From Macrostomum lignano (lineage: Eukaryota): DNA of 64,000 nt. Below are positions 1 through 12,951 of the stretch, piece by piece. The notes under the pieces were generated by a model. That model was not told where the DNA came from. It did no database searches and saw nothing but the letters and a program-made list of their open reading frames with translations. The stretch's first letter is position 1. The number at the start of each line of letters is the position of its first letter. Where the stretch lies: contig NIVC01003780.1 of assembly GCA_002269645.1 (NCBI GenBank), positions 1 to 64,000 on the forward strand, written 5' to 3'. The translations under genes were made by a program, and so were the position numbers.

Positions 1-47
1 TAATTATTTTTCTCTGCAACCAACACATTTATTTTGCATTCTGCACT

Positions 48-3000
48 ATGGATTATCGACTTGCTCTTGAAAATGCACAAAGAAATGTAGAGCAACAAAA
101 GCTGGCTCTTGAAAAAGCTAGCAAAGCCATTCAGGTTAGTAGATTGATTATATTATATTTATGCCATTGTCTAGGAATAATTTTGTTCTCAAGGTTTTCT
201 TAGGCCTACTATTGATTTTTGAATCTTACAACTGAAATATGGCTGAGACTACAGATTGTAATAGTGTTGTAATATAAACATAATTAGGCCCACATAGTTT
301 ATTAGGCCCTATACTGCACTAATTTTCATTAAAGTTTCTTATGTTACAAGGCACCTTTAAAAACCTAGCATCATATATTTAAATATGAAATTTATTCCAA
401 TATAAATTTTGATATGATTAGCTTCTTTACTACTAATTAGACTTTTATACTAGGTCTACTTACCTAAATATGTTGCAATATAATATTATTTTTTATCTAC
501 AAAAAACAATTATTTCTATAACAATAAAAATGGAAGCAAAAATAAGTTTATTGCATATTTTGCCTTAGAATTTCAACCTAGAAGCTTAAAAATCTATATT
601 TTTCTGATCCTAAGATTAAATCCTAGGATTGGCCAAATTTTAAGATCAAATCCTAGTATCCCGGGATAACAAAAAACTGGGATTTTGCAATCCCTAGCTG
701 AGACACTCTTGTTCATTATACTAAATCATATGTCAAATTTCTTGAAAACAAAACAAAATCCAATTAAACAAGAAACAATAATGTAATTCTCACACCTAGG
801 TCTAATCTGTTTAGATCATATAATAGTAGCAGTGTATACTAGAGGAAAAAATATATTAGCTAAGAGCATGCTAATGAATACCAAAAATAGATAAGCAACA
901 AGTAAAACTTGGCTTAACTATTAGCTAGCCTAGCTATTCCAATAATTATATAATTGTTTTTTTGTCTCTAGAGTAGGGCAAAAAAGTAGTGAAGGGCCTA
1001 GGCTATAAGTTAAACTTGTATTCATACTAACATAATAAACAGGTTAGTTGAAATATCTATGATAAATTAATAACTAGGATTGTCTGTGGGAAAGAATGTG
1101 GTAGTCAAAGGGAGTTGACTAACTGAAAAGTACAATGCTAAATTGCAAAACAGAAAGTACAAATTTTTTAAGGATAGAAATCTGACATGTGTTGTCTGAT
1201 ATGGCATTCTTGCTTGTTTGTAATGTCTATAGCCCAAAGGGATAAATTGGTTAAACTATTTTTTCAATGCTAGGAAAGAGAAGTCTAAGCACTTCTTGCT
1301 GCTAATTAGTTCATGCTAAAGCCATTAACCAACCATTAAATCTATCAACACCATGCTAGGAGGCTACCCTCAAATTGTTAGGAATCGTTAGGAATTGCTA
1401 AAGATAAAAAAGTGTTTAAAAAACAAAGTTGTTAATTTTACTGTTTTAATAGCTTGGGAAATGTCCAAACATGCTAAAATCTGCTTTCATTTGGAAAAAA
1501 TGCAAAAAAACATTTAAAAAATAGTTTAATGAACAATTTGAAAAGAATGGTACTCTTTCTTTTCTACTAAACTCATCATATGATCATATGAATCATATGA
1601 TAGTGTAGCAATTTAAATAAATTAGGCAGAAGGTGGTTTCAGTGTTGCCACCAATACTTGGCTCAAAAAAATCGCAGGGAACTAAAAAATCGCAGCTAAT
1701 TTTGAAGCTCACTAATCATCGTATTGTGCACTAATTGTGTTCTGCCTTTATATTTATTGTCAATGTCAACCAAAAGATTTAGAAACTTAACAGAAGAAAT
1801 AATGAAAAATTATTTGATTAACTTTTCGTCAGCAAAATCTAGTCATTGGTCAGTCAAAGTATAAAGTGTTGTTAATAAATAAAAAAGTACAGCAATCAAA
1901 CATGTATTAAATTGTAACAATTTGTAGCAATCATAATGCCACTTGGTTCATGGGCCTTAATTTTTCTTCTTTGGAACTTTTGGCAGTCACGACAGAGCAG
2001 TGTACTCAGCTTGCCGCTTCTGTTTAGCCACCTCTTCGGCAGCACTTTTGACAGCGCACTCAACAGCGCTATGCTTGATTTCTAACCGTCGCACCTTGAA
2101 GCTAGATAAGCAAACTGCGGAGTCTTTCTTGGCTTCTTGTGCCTTTTGAAGTTTGATCAATGCATGCTCAATGTGTTGCTACACTTGAGCGCATCACAGT
2201 TGTGCCTCGTCTTTCTTCTTATGTTTGTCTTTTCCTGGCTAGCTAGCTGCTCTAATTCACTGCGACAAATGCGGTCATACAGTTTTTAAATTTTCGTTGG
2301 ATTCAGGATTAAGGACGTGGGTTATAAAAATGAACAATATGATGCAAAACCGAGTTCTAACTCTTCATTTTCATCAACATACCTGCGTAGCCTTTGCTTG
2401 AATTTGCCATGCCTCCTCCTCTGCCAGATGTTGCAGCTCATTGTCCATCTTCTCGGCTTTGCTGCTCAGCCAAGTGCTTCTTGTACTCCACATTTGCATT
2501 CAATGCTGCATCCAACAGGCTGTCCGGTATTGGAACTGTACTTGGTTTCAGCCTTCTAGCTGCCAAGTAGCTCTTTGCCAACAGTGAGTTAAGCTCTCCA
2601 CTTCTCCTAGGCATCAATGTCATTCGACTTTCCAATGTGCCACTCGCAGTCTGCATTTGAAAAAGCGTGCAGCAAGCAATGCCAAGGTGGCCAAGCAGCG
2701 GAAAGTCTGCCGACAGAGAAATTGTATGCCATTCCATTGGCAAAGCCTTCACTGTTATTGCCTGAGTTGTCTGCATCTGCCTCAGGTTGAAGAGGTGGAC
2801 TTCCGTTGCTAGCTGGTCAATCTCGCTGGGTGGAATGGCTTCCGGCAGGCTGTTAGCTATATAAAGAACACTTTTTTCCTCAATGGGAAGGGACATATCT
2901 AAAAATGTCAGGCTCCTCAAAATCCTTGAGGCGAACAGCAAATGTTTCTTCAAGTACATAGCCAGGCTGACGTACACCTGCTTGAAGGCGAATAGTTGCG

Positions 3001-6000
3001 GTCTAGCACTTGGACCATTGCCAAGCAGGTCCTTCGCTTTGGAACCCACCATTATTTCATCAAACGGGAGTTGAATGGCAGAGCTCCTAAAGTCCACTTT
3101 CTGGATAATCTTCTCCTTGATAGCAGCTGGCTGAATGAATTGAACCGCAACGGACTCCAGAAGCAGCTGACTTTTTCGATAGATGCAGTGGACCAGCACT
3201 GTGTCACGCTGCTGAAACGTTATCTCATACTTTTCAAGCAGATGTAGAACATGGATGATGAAATTAATCGCTGGAAGTGTTACTGGGTCTTCAATTGCCT
3301 GCTGGATTCACAATTGTGCATTAGTTGAACCTTCTCGATTGCGGAAGTAGACAGCAAACACATTCCATTGCTCCTTGATTCGTAGCAGACATTGCAATAG
3401 ACTTAGCCAGCGCGTTTCTACGTTCCGCAGAAATGTGTGCCTTGTCATGCTTATTGTCTTCTGGAGATCTTCTATCTCCTTTGAGTGCTTTCCACTCCGG
3501 GTGAAACAGCCTTGAATATCTTCACAGAATGAAGCGGCTGTCGGAAAATGCAATTCAACTGCAATTTGAGCGGCATTGGCAACTACATGCAATGTGCAGT
3601 CACCAGTATCAACAAGATGCTTCAGCTCAGGCTTATCTCGGAGGCACTTAATGACTCCCGAGTAGACGCCCCGCATAACATTGCAGTTTGTCGGAGAAGT
3701 CGCCGATCCACTTGCAAAAAGGCAGACCATGATCTAGGATGCACTGATAGATCAAACTGGCACATGATTCGGCATCAAACGATTCCATTGTTACGAAGTC
3801 CAGAATCTCCATTAAAATTTGTCCCTCCTGTAGGTAGCGGATACATAGCATCATGCGGCCATCACTTTCGTTAAAACTAACCGAATAGAATCCAGCCTGC
3901 AGCACTGCTTTGGTGATTTTTGTTTGACATAGGGCGCAATGGCATGGTTCAATACGTAAGACGTTTTTGTCCTTGCACAGCTAAAATCATTGGCAATCCT
4001 AGAATCTGTAAACATAGCCTGAAACAACTCAGATGATTCTTTTCCAGCAAAAGACTTCGACTTAAAGGCCGCGTTCCATGTCCAAATGACCTCAGATTTG
4101 GTAACGGTTGCTTTTCGTTGATCATTGCTTGCTTCACGATGCCGCTGCTGCACAAACTGTACCATTGGCTTAGTATTTTGCAGGCTAGCTAAGTTGGTAT
4201 TGTGCTTGGCTGTCTTTGCGTGGGCCTTCACCACAGAAATGCCGCCTGATGCAACATTCAGTTTTACATTACAGGCTGCACAGAATGCTTTGTGCTCTGC
4301 TGTACAAGAACGCAGCCAGGAAGCAGCATCAAGTTGCTCGATCCATTTAGCATCAAAGGCAGTTTTCCTGCTAGTGCTAGCAGTCATAGTGTAGGTGCTC
4401 TGGCTGAAAGAAAACGCGAGTAGCTAAAAATTATTGCGCCAAATATTAGCAATTCAACAACATAGAAAGTAGATATCGATAGTTAAATATGAGCAGCAAA
4501 GAAGTTAATACCTTTCTTCTGATTCTGTTATATTTTAACAATTTAGTCTCACTGAAACAATAGCAACCTTGAACATAACACAAGAGACGTAGGAAAATAC
4601 AAAATGTTGCTGCACACGCACAGTGCACAAGTGCAATTAAAAAAATCGCTGAAACTAGTCAATTATAGCTCGTAACAAAAAAATCGCTCAGCGATTAAAA
4701 AAAAGAATAACCACTGGTTATTCTTTAATAATGTTCAGCTAAGGGGAGTAAAGAAGAGTAAAAGAGGGACTTTTATAGACTGCTTCGTGGAACATTCTAT
4801 AATCAAGGAAATGTGTGCGTGGGAGTTTAAATTTCCTAATATTGAAAGTGCTATTTACGCGGATATTTCGAGAATAATGTTTTTGCTGAATATGGAAAGT
4901 TCGCGAAAGTTTAATACAAGGTCATTACAATAGAAACTAGAATATTATATCTATCATGTTATTTATAGTCTTAGGGACAGAAGTAGAATTTTTATTTGGA
5001 TTTAGAAGGTGAGACATGAACCTTTTACTCCCATGTCCATTATTTAAAAAAGTGCCAACTGAGAAGCTGTTTTCAAATTAAACATCAAACCAATTCTATC
5101 TCACCCCATTTGTGCAGGAGAAACCCAGCCAAGCAGCCTCAAATGTGCGCACTGGTAGCTCAGGCTGGGTAGACCCAGCCAAGGTTAAGCAGTTCTTAGA
5201 ACGTCGCAGACAAGAGATGGAAGCTAAAAAAGCTGCAGCTAATAAAGCTCCACCAGCGTCCTTGGCGCAGCCTCGCTTGCAGCAGCAGAAAACGGTTGCT
5301 AATGACATCAATGGTAAAAAGAAGAGCCAATCATTGGATTCTCAACATAAAAGCTCAACATCGCACAAACGATTGTCTAATGATGCTAGTTCCGGCGGCG
5401 TCAGCTCGGCTAAAAAGTCCAAGCAATCAGCTGATCAGGCTCAAATGCCTCCACCCCCACCGCCTCCTTCATCAACGTCGGCGCCCCTGTCCGGCCCGGC
5501 CGAGATGCAGCGGCATTATTTGATGATGCGACGCGAGGAGCTGCTTAAAGAGCTTGAAAAGATTGACAAGTGAGTTTGGGCGATAGGTAGCAGGTTAAAG
5601 TACACTGAGTGATAGGTGGCAAATTAAAGTACACTGAGTGATAGGTGGCAGGTTAAACTACACTGAGCGATAGGTGGCAAATTAAAGTACACTGAGTGAT
5701 AGGTAGCACTGTAGCAGGTTTAACTACACTGAGTGATCGGTAGCAGGTTAAAGTACACTGGGTGATAGGTAGCACTTTAGCAGGTTAAAAGTACACTGAG
5801 TAGTTTATGGCAGACTTAACAATCATTGCTATTCCACAACTCCATGATTCTAGAAAGCTCCGCAAGCTCAACGAATCCAACAGTAAAGCAGGCGCATCAG
5901 CTTCATCGTCAGCTTCATCATCATCCGCTGTTAAGCATTCCGATCAGCATCACAAGGACAAGACGAAACAAGATCGATCAAGTCTACCCGCGATCAAGAA

Positions 6001-6412
6001 GCTCTCGACTACTTCAGCTGCCGCCTCTCGACCTTCGCCGCCCCCGACGATGCAACCTAGAAAACCGATGCCTCAACAACAGCAACTGTCTCGACGTCGG
6101 TACAGCGACGATCTCGATGAAGACGACGACGAGGACAACGACAGTTTCATCGACGACACGGAGGCGCCAAGCGCCGAAGAAGACTACGCTAATATTGTGC
6201 GCGAAGTGCATCGCAGTTTGAAATTCGATCCGAGACGCTACGCCGCTGTTAATCCGCACGACGATTGCCGAGGCATGGTAGCCAGCTTTCGGGATATTCA
6301 AGCCGAGGAGCGACGCTCGAAACGCATCGGCGCGCTAGAGGACGCGGCCGATTTGAAGGACGAGGCCGATCGGCGAGCTCGGAGAGAGGAGAAACGCAAG
6401 GCGAAGTGTTGA
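48..6412 (+). CDS. SPT2: SPT2 chromatin protein (histone chaperone), join(48..134,5118..5569,5854..6412), about 365 aa
   Basis: Exon 1 MDYRLALENAQRN...AIQ ends at CAG|GT (phase 0). Exon 2 starts at TGCAG|GAG and contains VDPAKVKQFLERRRQE (SPT2 N-terminal AVQAFL-type motif); it ends AA|GTGAG (phase 2). Exon 3 starts at TAG|A and ends with an acidic tract plus the SPT2-type C-terminus (DSFIDD...MVASFRDIQAEERRSKRIGALED). Phases match and the total is 1098 nt. Additional small exons in intron 1 cannot be excluded. Confidence 0.85.
1640..4717 (-). mobile_element. Decayed hAT DNA transposon in SPT2 intron 1
   Basis: One end reads CAGTGTTGCCACC (1640) and is followed by repeated AAAAAATCGC subterminal motifs (about 1667-1695). 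The same motifs recur at about 4640-4700. The other terminus is degenerate (ACCACTG, 4711-4717) and no matching 8-bp TSD is visible, so that boundary is approximate. Confidence 0.7.
2438..4387 (-). pseudogene. hAT transposase, frameshifted
   Basis: Four consecutive minus-strand ORFs in changing frames: N-terminal zinc finger (W..W...C..C...H....H) plus CARTKTSY (3851-4387); SFNES, where the first catalytic D would be expected (3648-3905); CTLH and ETRWLS (3308-3730); C-terminal region (2438-3199). Confidence 0.85.
5581..5802. repeat. Degenerate ~30-bp tandem repeat in SPT2 intron 2
   Basis: About 7 units of GATAGGT(A/G)GCAGGTTAAAGTACACTGAGT with small indels. Confidence 0.9.
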
Positions 6413-6540
6413 GCTCGAGTAGATTGTGACCATTGCGGCGTGGGATAAATGGGGACTAATCCCATGAACATAGTCGAAAATGGCACCGTCAATTAAGGCG
6501 CTCCTTAACAGACTAATAAATTGTATATTAGTTGCATGAA

Positions 6541-7445
6541 AAATCGCCCCTGAGCAGTCAAGAGAATCGCCCCTGAGCAGCCAAGAGAATCAACCCTAAA
6601 CAGTCAAGAGAATCGCCCCTGAACAGTCAAGAGGATCGCCCCTGAACAGTCAAGAGGATCGCCCCTGAACAGTCAAGAGAATCAACCCTGAACAGTCAAG
6701 AGAATCAACCCTGAACAGTCAAGAAAATCAACCCTGAACAGTCAAGAGAATCGCCCCTCAACAGTCAAGAGAATCGCCCCTCAACAGTCAAGAGAATCGC
6801 CCCTGAACAGTCAAGAGAATCGCCCCTCAACAGTCAAGAGAATCAACCCTGAACAGTCAAGAGAATCGCCCCTGAACAATCAAGAGAATCAACCCTGAAC
6901 AGTCAAGAGAATCGCCCCTCAACAGTCAAGAGAATCGCCCCTCAACAGTCAAGAGAATCGCCCCTGAACAGTCAAGAGAATCGCCCCTGAACAGTCAAGA
7001 GAATCGCCCCTCAACAGTCAAGAGAATCGCCCCTTAACAGTCAAGAGAATCGCCCCTGAACAGTCAAGAGAATCGCCCCTCAACAGTCAAGAGAATCGCC
7101 CCTCAACAGTCAAGAGAATCGCCCCTGAACAGTCAAGAGAATCGCCCCTCAACAGTCAAGAGAATCGCCCCTGAACAGTCAAGAGAATCGCCCCTGAACA
7201 GTCAAGAGAATCGCCCCTGAACAGTCAAGAGAATCGCCCCTCAACAGTCAAGAGAATCGCCCCTCAACAGTCAAGAGAATCGCCCCTGAACAGTCAAGAG
7301 AATCGCCCCTCAACAGTCAAGAGAATCGCCCCTCAACAGTCAAGAGAATCGCCCCTGAACAGTCAAGAGAATCGCCCCTGAACTTGACTGTTCAGAGAAT
7401 CAACCCTGAGCAGTCAAGAGAATCGTCCCTGAACAGTCAAAGAGA
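6541..7445. repeat. 23-bp minisatellite (duplicate at about 13080-13984)
   Basis: Unit GAGAATCGCCCCT(G/C)AACAGTCAA, roughly 38 copies, with no unique spacers. Confidence 0.97.
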
Positions 7446-8287
7446 ATCAAGTCCTAATGCCTTGAGAATCGCGCTTTATATGCACTCGTATCACAGAATT
7501 GGACCATAGTAAAAGGTGACAACAATTGAGACTAAACCCTAGTTTTTTTCTGTTGAAGATTGGCTCACTGATTACAATTCGGTTTTGGTGAAATGCAACT
7601 GTTATCAAAATTTACTACCTGTATTTTATCAGACTCAAGTTTGCAATACACTCGCACATGTCAGCTCGGATCGAACTTGTGTTGTTAAACTTTTCGCTTT
7701 TGTCAATTGCTTATAATTGTTATAATTGAGCAAATTTTATGATTTTATTATTTATCTTCCTTGTCATTAAATTGTTATTGTTTAAGATACTTGTGCTAAA
7801 TACTCCCAGGGGTCCTAGATATAATAATATTTGTAGTATGCTTAAGAAATTGTGAAGACTTTTATTTTGCTGCTTAATAGAACTTGTGCATCAGAAGTTA
7901 TTGTATAATTAACATTACATGCACAGCTCAGTGTTATTATGAATAAAGTGCGTAAAGAACTTTTTATGAATTAAGTCTTGTTCCGGTCTTATCTCAATCT
8001 ATGGTGCATTTTTTGTGTTGTAATTTATTTGACAAAAATAATTCCATTCTAATGCCAGAATTGACGGTGCGCGAAATTATTACGATAATTATATTATAAT
8101 TGAATAAATAATTTGCTTTGCTTTTTGTTTGCCGCGAAGCTTTCAGTTCAGCTGAAATACCTTCGGTACTCTCAACTATTCTTTATTTGTGTATTATGAT
8201 ACCCAGCTATGTACATTGGCAAACACTCAAAGTTACTTGGATCAGGTGTTTCAGTGGGCATTGGTCCTTTAGTGAACTTTTTTCTTA

Positions 8288-9370
8288 CGTGGACACACTG
8301 GTCCTTCAGTGGACACCTAGTCTTTCAGTGGACACACTGGTCCTTCAGTGGACACCTGGTCTTTCAGTGGACACACTGGTCCTTCAGTGGACACCTGGTC
8401 TTTCAGTGGACACACTGGTCCTTCAGTGGACACACTGGTCCTTCAGTGGACACCTGGTCTTTCAGTGGACACACTGGTCCTTCAGTGGACACCTGGTCTT
8501 TCAGTGGACACACTGGTCCTTCAGTGGACACACTGGTCCTTCAGAGTTCACACTGGTCCTTCAGAGTTCACACTGGTCCTTCAGATTTCACACTGGTCCT
8601 TCAGAGTTCACACTGGTCCTTCAGATTTCACACTGGTCCTTCAGAGTTCACACTGGTCCTTCAGAGTTCACACTAGTCCTTCAGAGTTCACACTGGTCCT
8701 TCAGATTTCACACTAGTCCTTCAGATTTCACACTAGTCCTTCAGATTTCACACTGGTCCTTCAGAGTTCACACTGGTCCTTCAGAGTTCACACTAGTCCT
8801 TCAGATTTCACACTGGTTCTTCAGATTTCACACTGGTCCTTCAGAGTTCACACTGGTCCTTCAGAGTTTACACTAGTCCTTCAGATTTCACACTGGTCCT
8901 TCAGAGTTCACACTAGTCCTTCAGAGTTCACACTAGTCCTTCAGATTTCACACTAGTCCTTCAGAGTTCACACTGGTCCTTCAGATTTCACACTAGTCCT
9001 TCAGATTTCACACTAGTCCTTCAGATTTCAAACTGGTTCTTCAGATTTCACACTGGTCCTTCAGATTTCACACTGGTCGTTCAGAGTTCACACTGGTCCT
9101 TCAGATTTCACACTGGTCCTTCAGATTTCACACTGGTCGTTCAGATTTCACACTGGTCCTTCAGATTTCACACTGGTCCTTCAGATTTCAAACTGGTTCT
9201 TCAGATTTCACACTGGTCCTTCAGAGTTCACACTGGTCCTTCAGATTTCACACTGGTCCTTCAGATTTCACACTGGTCCTTCAGATTTCACACTGGTCCT
9301 TCAGAGTTCACACTGGTCCTTCAGAGTTCACGCTGGTCCTTCAGAGTTCACACTGGTCTTTCAGTGGACA
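8288..9370. repeat. 20-bp minisatellite with polar variant turnover
   Basis: Unit CACTGGTCCTTCAG(TGGACA/AGTTCA/ATTTCA). TGGAC variants (some 18 bp) dominate before about 8540, and AGTTC/ATTTC variants dominate after it. Confidence 0.97.
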
Positions 9371-9989
9371 CGCTGTTAGTACGTCCTTTAATGGTCCCAG
9401 TAAATTTAGTTTTGTTTGAATAAGAAGAAAAATGTCAAACCAAAAAACGTTAAGAGAATTAATTTGTTAAATATACCAAGAACTAAATTTAACAGAAAAA
9501 GTCATGTTTGTGACAAGCACTAAGCATATCCTAAAATCAAGTTGGCGGTATATTTAAAGAATTAATTAATAACTGTCAAGTATTTAACAAAAGCCGGAAG
9601 TAAAGAGAGAATAAAGATAATAGAGAACCAAGCACTTGCATTTGCTATGATTGGAAGTTAAACAAGATAGGTCACTGGGTACAGTAGATTATAGAGAAAG
9701 TTAACGAAAGGACAATTTACACTATTTACATACTTTATTACACCTATACGACGTAAACAGGTATATCAATAGATAAAATATTTACAATCGAAAAAATATG
9801 ATTGAAATTCGATTTCTTAGAAAGCCAAATTGAACGTTAAAATAAATAAATGTCGGTTCTCTGACAACTGGTTGACACAAATGGTGAAACTAGAAGTATG
9901 CGGCAAGACTTCTTGCAGATTGAAATAAGTATTTTCAGAAAATGTGCATCGCTTAGATAGCCATTCTATTGTATTGAAAGGACCTCATC

Positions 9990-10451
9990 ATAGTTTTGGG
10001 GTCCATTCCCTCTTTGTCACTTCAGTAGCTTTGTGGTCCATTCCCTCTCTTGGCTTTGGGGTCCATTCCCTCTCTTGGCTTTGGGGTCTATTCCCTCTCT
10101 TGGCTTTGGGGTCCATTCCCTCTCTTGGCTTTGGGGTCCATTCCCTCTCTTGGCTTTGGGGTCCATTCCCTCTCTTGGCTTTGGGGTCCATTCCCTCTCT
10201 TGGCTTTGGGGTCCATTCCCTCTCTTGGCTTTGGGGTCCATTCCCTCTCTTGGCTTTGGGGTCCATTCCCTCTCTTGGCTTTGGGGTCCATTTCCCTTCT
10301 TGTCACTTCAGTAGCTTTGGGTTCCATGCATTTCCTCTCTTGTCACTCCAATAGCTTTGGGGTCCATGCATTTCCTCTCTTGTCACTCCAATAGCTTTGG
10401 GGTCCATGCATTTCCTCTCTTGTCACTCCAATAGCTTTGGGGTCCATGCAT
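9990..10451. repeat. 25-bp minisatellite grading into 40-bp units (duplicate at about 14857-15318)
   Basis: Unit GGCTTTGGGGTCCATTCCCTCTCTT; the last units are 40 bp and contain GTCACTCCAATAGC. Confidence 0.95.
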
Positions 10452-11404
10452 TAGTGGTTTATGCAAATATGGACTAAACTAAACGAACAGGTGATTTAAA
10501 CCAATCAGAGCCAAAACACGCACAGAAATTGCCGATAATAAAAGCAAAAAATATGACATCTCAATTATTAAAATATGAATATATATATGAAGCATGAGCT
10601 ACTTTGCATTTAGCATGAAAAATAAACTAGATGTTTTAGCATCAAGGTTAAACCTGTTTGGAAAACAGCTGCAAAGCACCCGGGTAAAGATAAAAACCTG
10701 CGCAAGATTTACTATTGCGCTTTTGTCTAGTTATACAAAAATAACTGAAACACGAATATAACAGAAGACTTTATAGTTATTGCACATTGGTTGAAACTCG
10801 CGCTAATGCAGTCTCAATGTAGACTACTAACAAATAGAAATACTAATAGCAAAATAAATTTTCCAACCGCATAAATGAAATGCTAACGAAGTAAGGGAAA
10901 CTAACAGTTTTGTTAAGTTTCTCTAACTTATTAAAATATAGAGAAATACACACTCCTGATTTATACTACTAACAGTAAACTAATAGAATATGAAACGTCT
11001 TTTATTACATAGCACTTAGTAGTAGCAATAGCATAAAATATAGGATTTTTACGTGGATTAAACTGGTTATATTACAGATTGAATAAAATGAAAGCAAAAA
11101 ATAAGCAGCATGATACAATAATGGCATAGAAAAAATGCTTGCTTGTCGATACAGGCTAACTAACCAATGGGCCAATTAAGTACAACAGTCAACAGTGCAT
11201 AGTTTACCTAAACTGCGTACATGCGAATAAGATTGTCTAAATAGGCATGCATTTATTAGCATAGCTGTTTGGCAAAACACATTAAAAATGCTATTAACTT
11301 CATCTGTTTCAGATGGGGAACAGAAACAGGCTGACAGAAAGAAACTAACACGTTCGGACAGACCCCAAAAGACTGAGATACAGAACCCAATACAGACAGA
11401 CACC

Positions 11405-12100
11405 AGCTAGCAAACAGACCAACAGACAACAGCACAGACCAACAGACTAACAGCACAGACCAACAGACAACAGCACAGACCAACAGAAAAGATCAACAGA
11501 CTAACAGCGCAGACCAACAGACTAACAGCACAGACCAACAGACAACAGCACAGACTAACAGAACAGACCAACAGACAACAGCACAGACTAACAGAACAGA
11601 CCAACAGACAACAGCACAGACTAACAGAACAGACCAACAGACAACAGCACAGACTAACAGAACAGACCAACAGACAACAGCACAGACTAACAGAACAGAC
11701 CAACAGACAACAGCACAGACTAACAGAACAGACCAACAGACAACAGCACAGACTAACAGAACAGACCAACAGACAACAGCACAGACTAACAGAACAGACC
11801 AACAGACAACAGCACAGACCAAGAGACTAACAGCACAGACCAACAGACTAACAGCACAGACCAACAGACTAACAGCACAGACCAACAGACTAACAGCACA
11901 GACCAACAGACTAACAGCAAAGACCAACAGACTAACAGCACAGACCAACAGACTAACAGCGCAGACCAACAGACTAACAGCACAGACCAACAGACAACAG
12001 CACAGACCAACAGACTAACAGCGCAGACCAACAGACTAACAGCGCAGACCAACAGACTAACAGCGCAGACCAACAGACAACAGCACAGATTAACACAGAC
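11405..12100. repeat. Compound 21/33-bp ACAG-derived minisatellite (duplicate at about 16272-16967)
   Basis: Units ACAGCACAGACCAACAGACTA (21 bp) and a 33-bp variant. They account for the LLVCAVS and LLVCAVVCWSV repeat ORFs. Confidence 0.95.
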
Positions 12101-12199
12101 AGACAGATCAGATACAAAATAGAAGTCTTTCATCACTTATTATCAGTGCAAAGTGCCGCAGAGGTTTATCAACTAGCTTTAAAAAAATTCTACAGCAAA

Positions 12200-12650
12200 T
12201 CACAAGTCCCGTTCTATAAGTTCCAAATCTAACAGTTCGGAAGCTTCCGCAATAAAATCGCTACAAACGTCGGATTCATAAGCTTCCTCATCGCCCTCGT
12301 CTGCATCGCAGCAGCCCAGCTGGTTGGCGTTGCTATTATCGAGAATGCTGTCGCTGTCTTTAGTAACGGCAACCGGAGTTTCAACAGCGTTAGCCACATC
12401 GGGCAGTCCAACTAAGAAGCTGCGAGATTTGCTGCACAGAACAACCCGACGCTTCCTATTCGACTCGGACGACTGTCGAACAGACGACTCAGACGATGAC
12501 TGATTCTCGTCAGAATAGTCGGACTGCTTCAAACGGAGCAAAGATTCCAAATCGTTGGCCAGAGCGCCAGGTCGAACGGGCACTGGTCGCAATAAATCAG
12601 TGTGCAATGACAACGATTGGCAGAGCCGTTTAGGCGGCAACGGCGGCGGA
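12200..12650 (-). pseudogene. 5'-truncated duplicate of the 17067-17678 exon
   Basis: Identical to 17067-17517 and cut at the duplication junction, with an upstream in-frame stop. Confidence 0.85.
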
Positions 12651-12951
12651 TCTCGATGAAGACGACGACGAGGACAACGACAGTTTCATCGACGACACGG
12701 AGGCGCCAAGCGCCGAAGAAGACTACGCTAATATTGTGCGCGAAGTGCATCGCAGTTTGAAATTCGATCCGAGACGCTACGCCGCTGTTAATCCGCACGA
12801 CGATTGCCGAGGCATGGTAGCCAGCTTTCGGGATATTCAAGCCGAGGAGCGACGCTCGAAACGCATCGGCGCGCTAGAGGACGCGGCCGATTTGAAGGAC
12901 GAGGCCGATCGGCGAGCTCGGAGAGAGGAGAAACGCAAGGCGAAGTGTTGA
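12649..12951 (+). pseudogene. SPT2: Orphan 3' fragment of SPT2 exon 3
   Basis: Identical to 6110-6412. It lacks an acceptor, and an in-frame TAG lies a few codons upstream of the junction. Confidence 0.85.

Larger units (their letters stand above)
6110..12648 (+). repeat. Tandem segmental duplication, copy 1 (6539 bp)
   Basis: 6110-7604 matches 12649-14143 (offset 6539) and 9280-12650 matches 14147-17517 (offset 4867). The ORF track shows identical translations at both offsets. Confidence 0.95.

Noticed and set aside
620-700. GCAATCCCTA hAT-like terminus in SPT2 intron 1
   Set aside because: No partner terminus or TSD was found.
6541-9370. Regular 20-23-bp arrays as possible CRISPR arrays
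   Set aside because: The units are contiguous with no unique spacers, no cas genes are present, and the context is eukaryotic.
8118-12136. Long ORFs in the track (8118-8876, 9944-10394, 11407-12136 and their duplicates at 14.8-17.0 kb)
   Set aside because: They are stop-free translations of minisatellites, open in several frames and on both strands.
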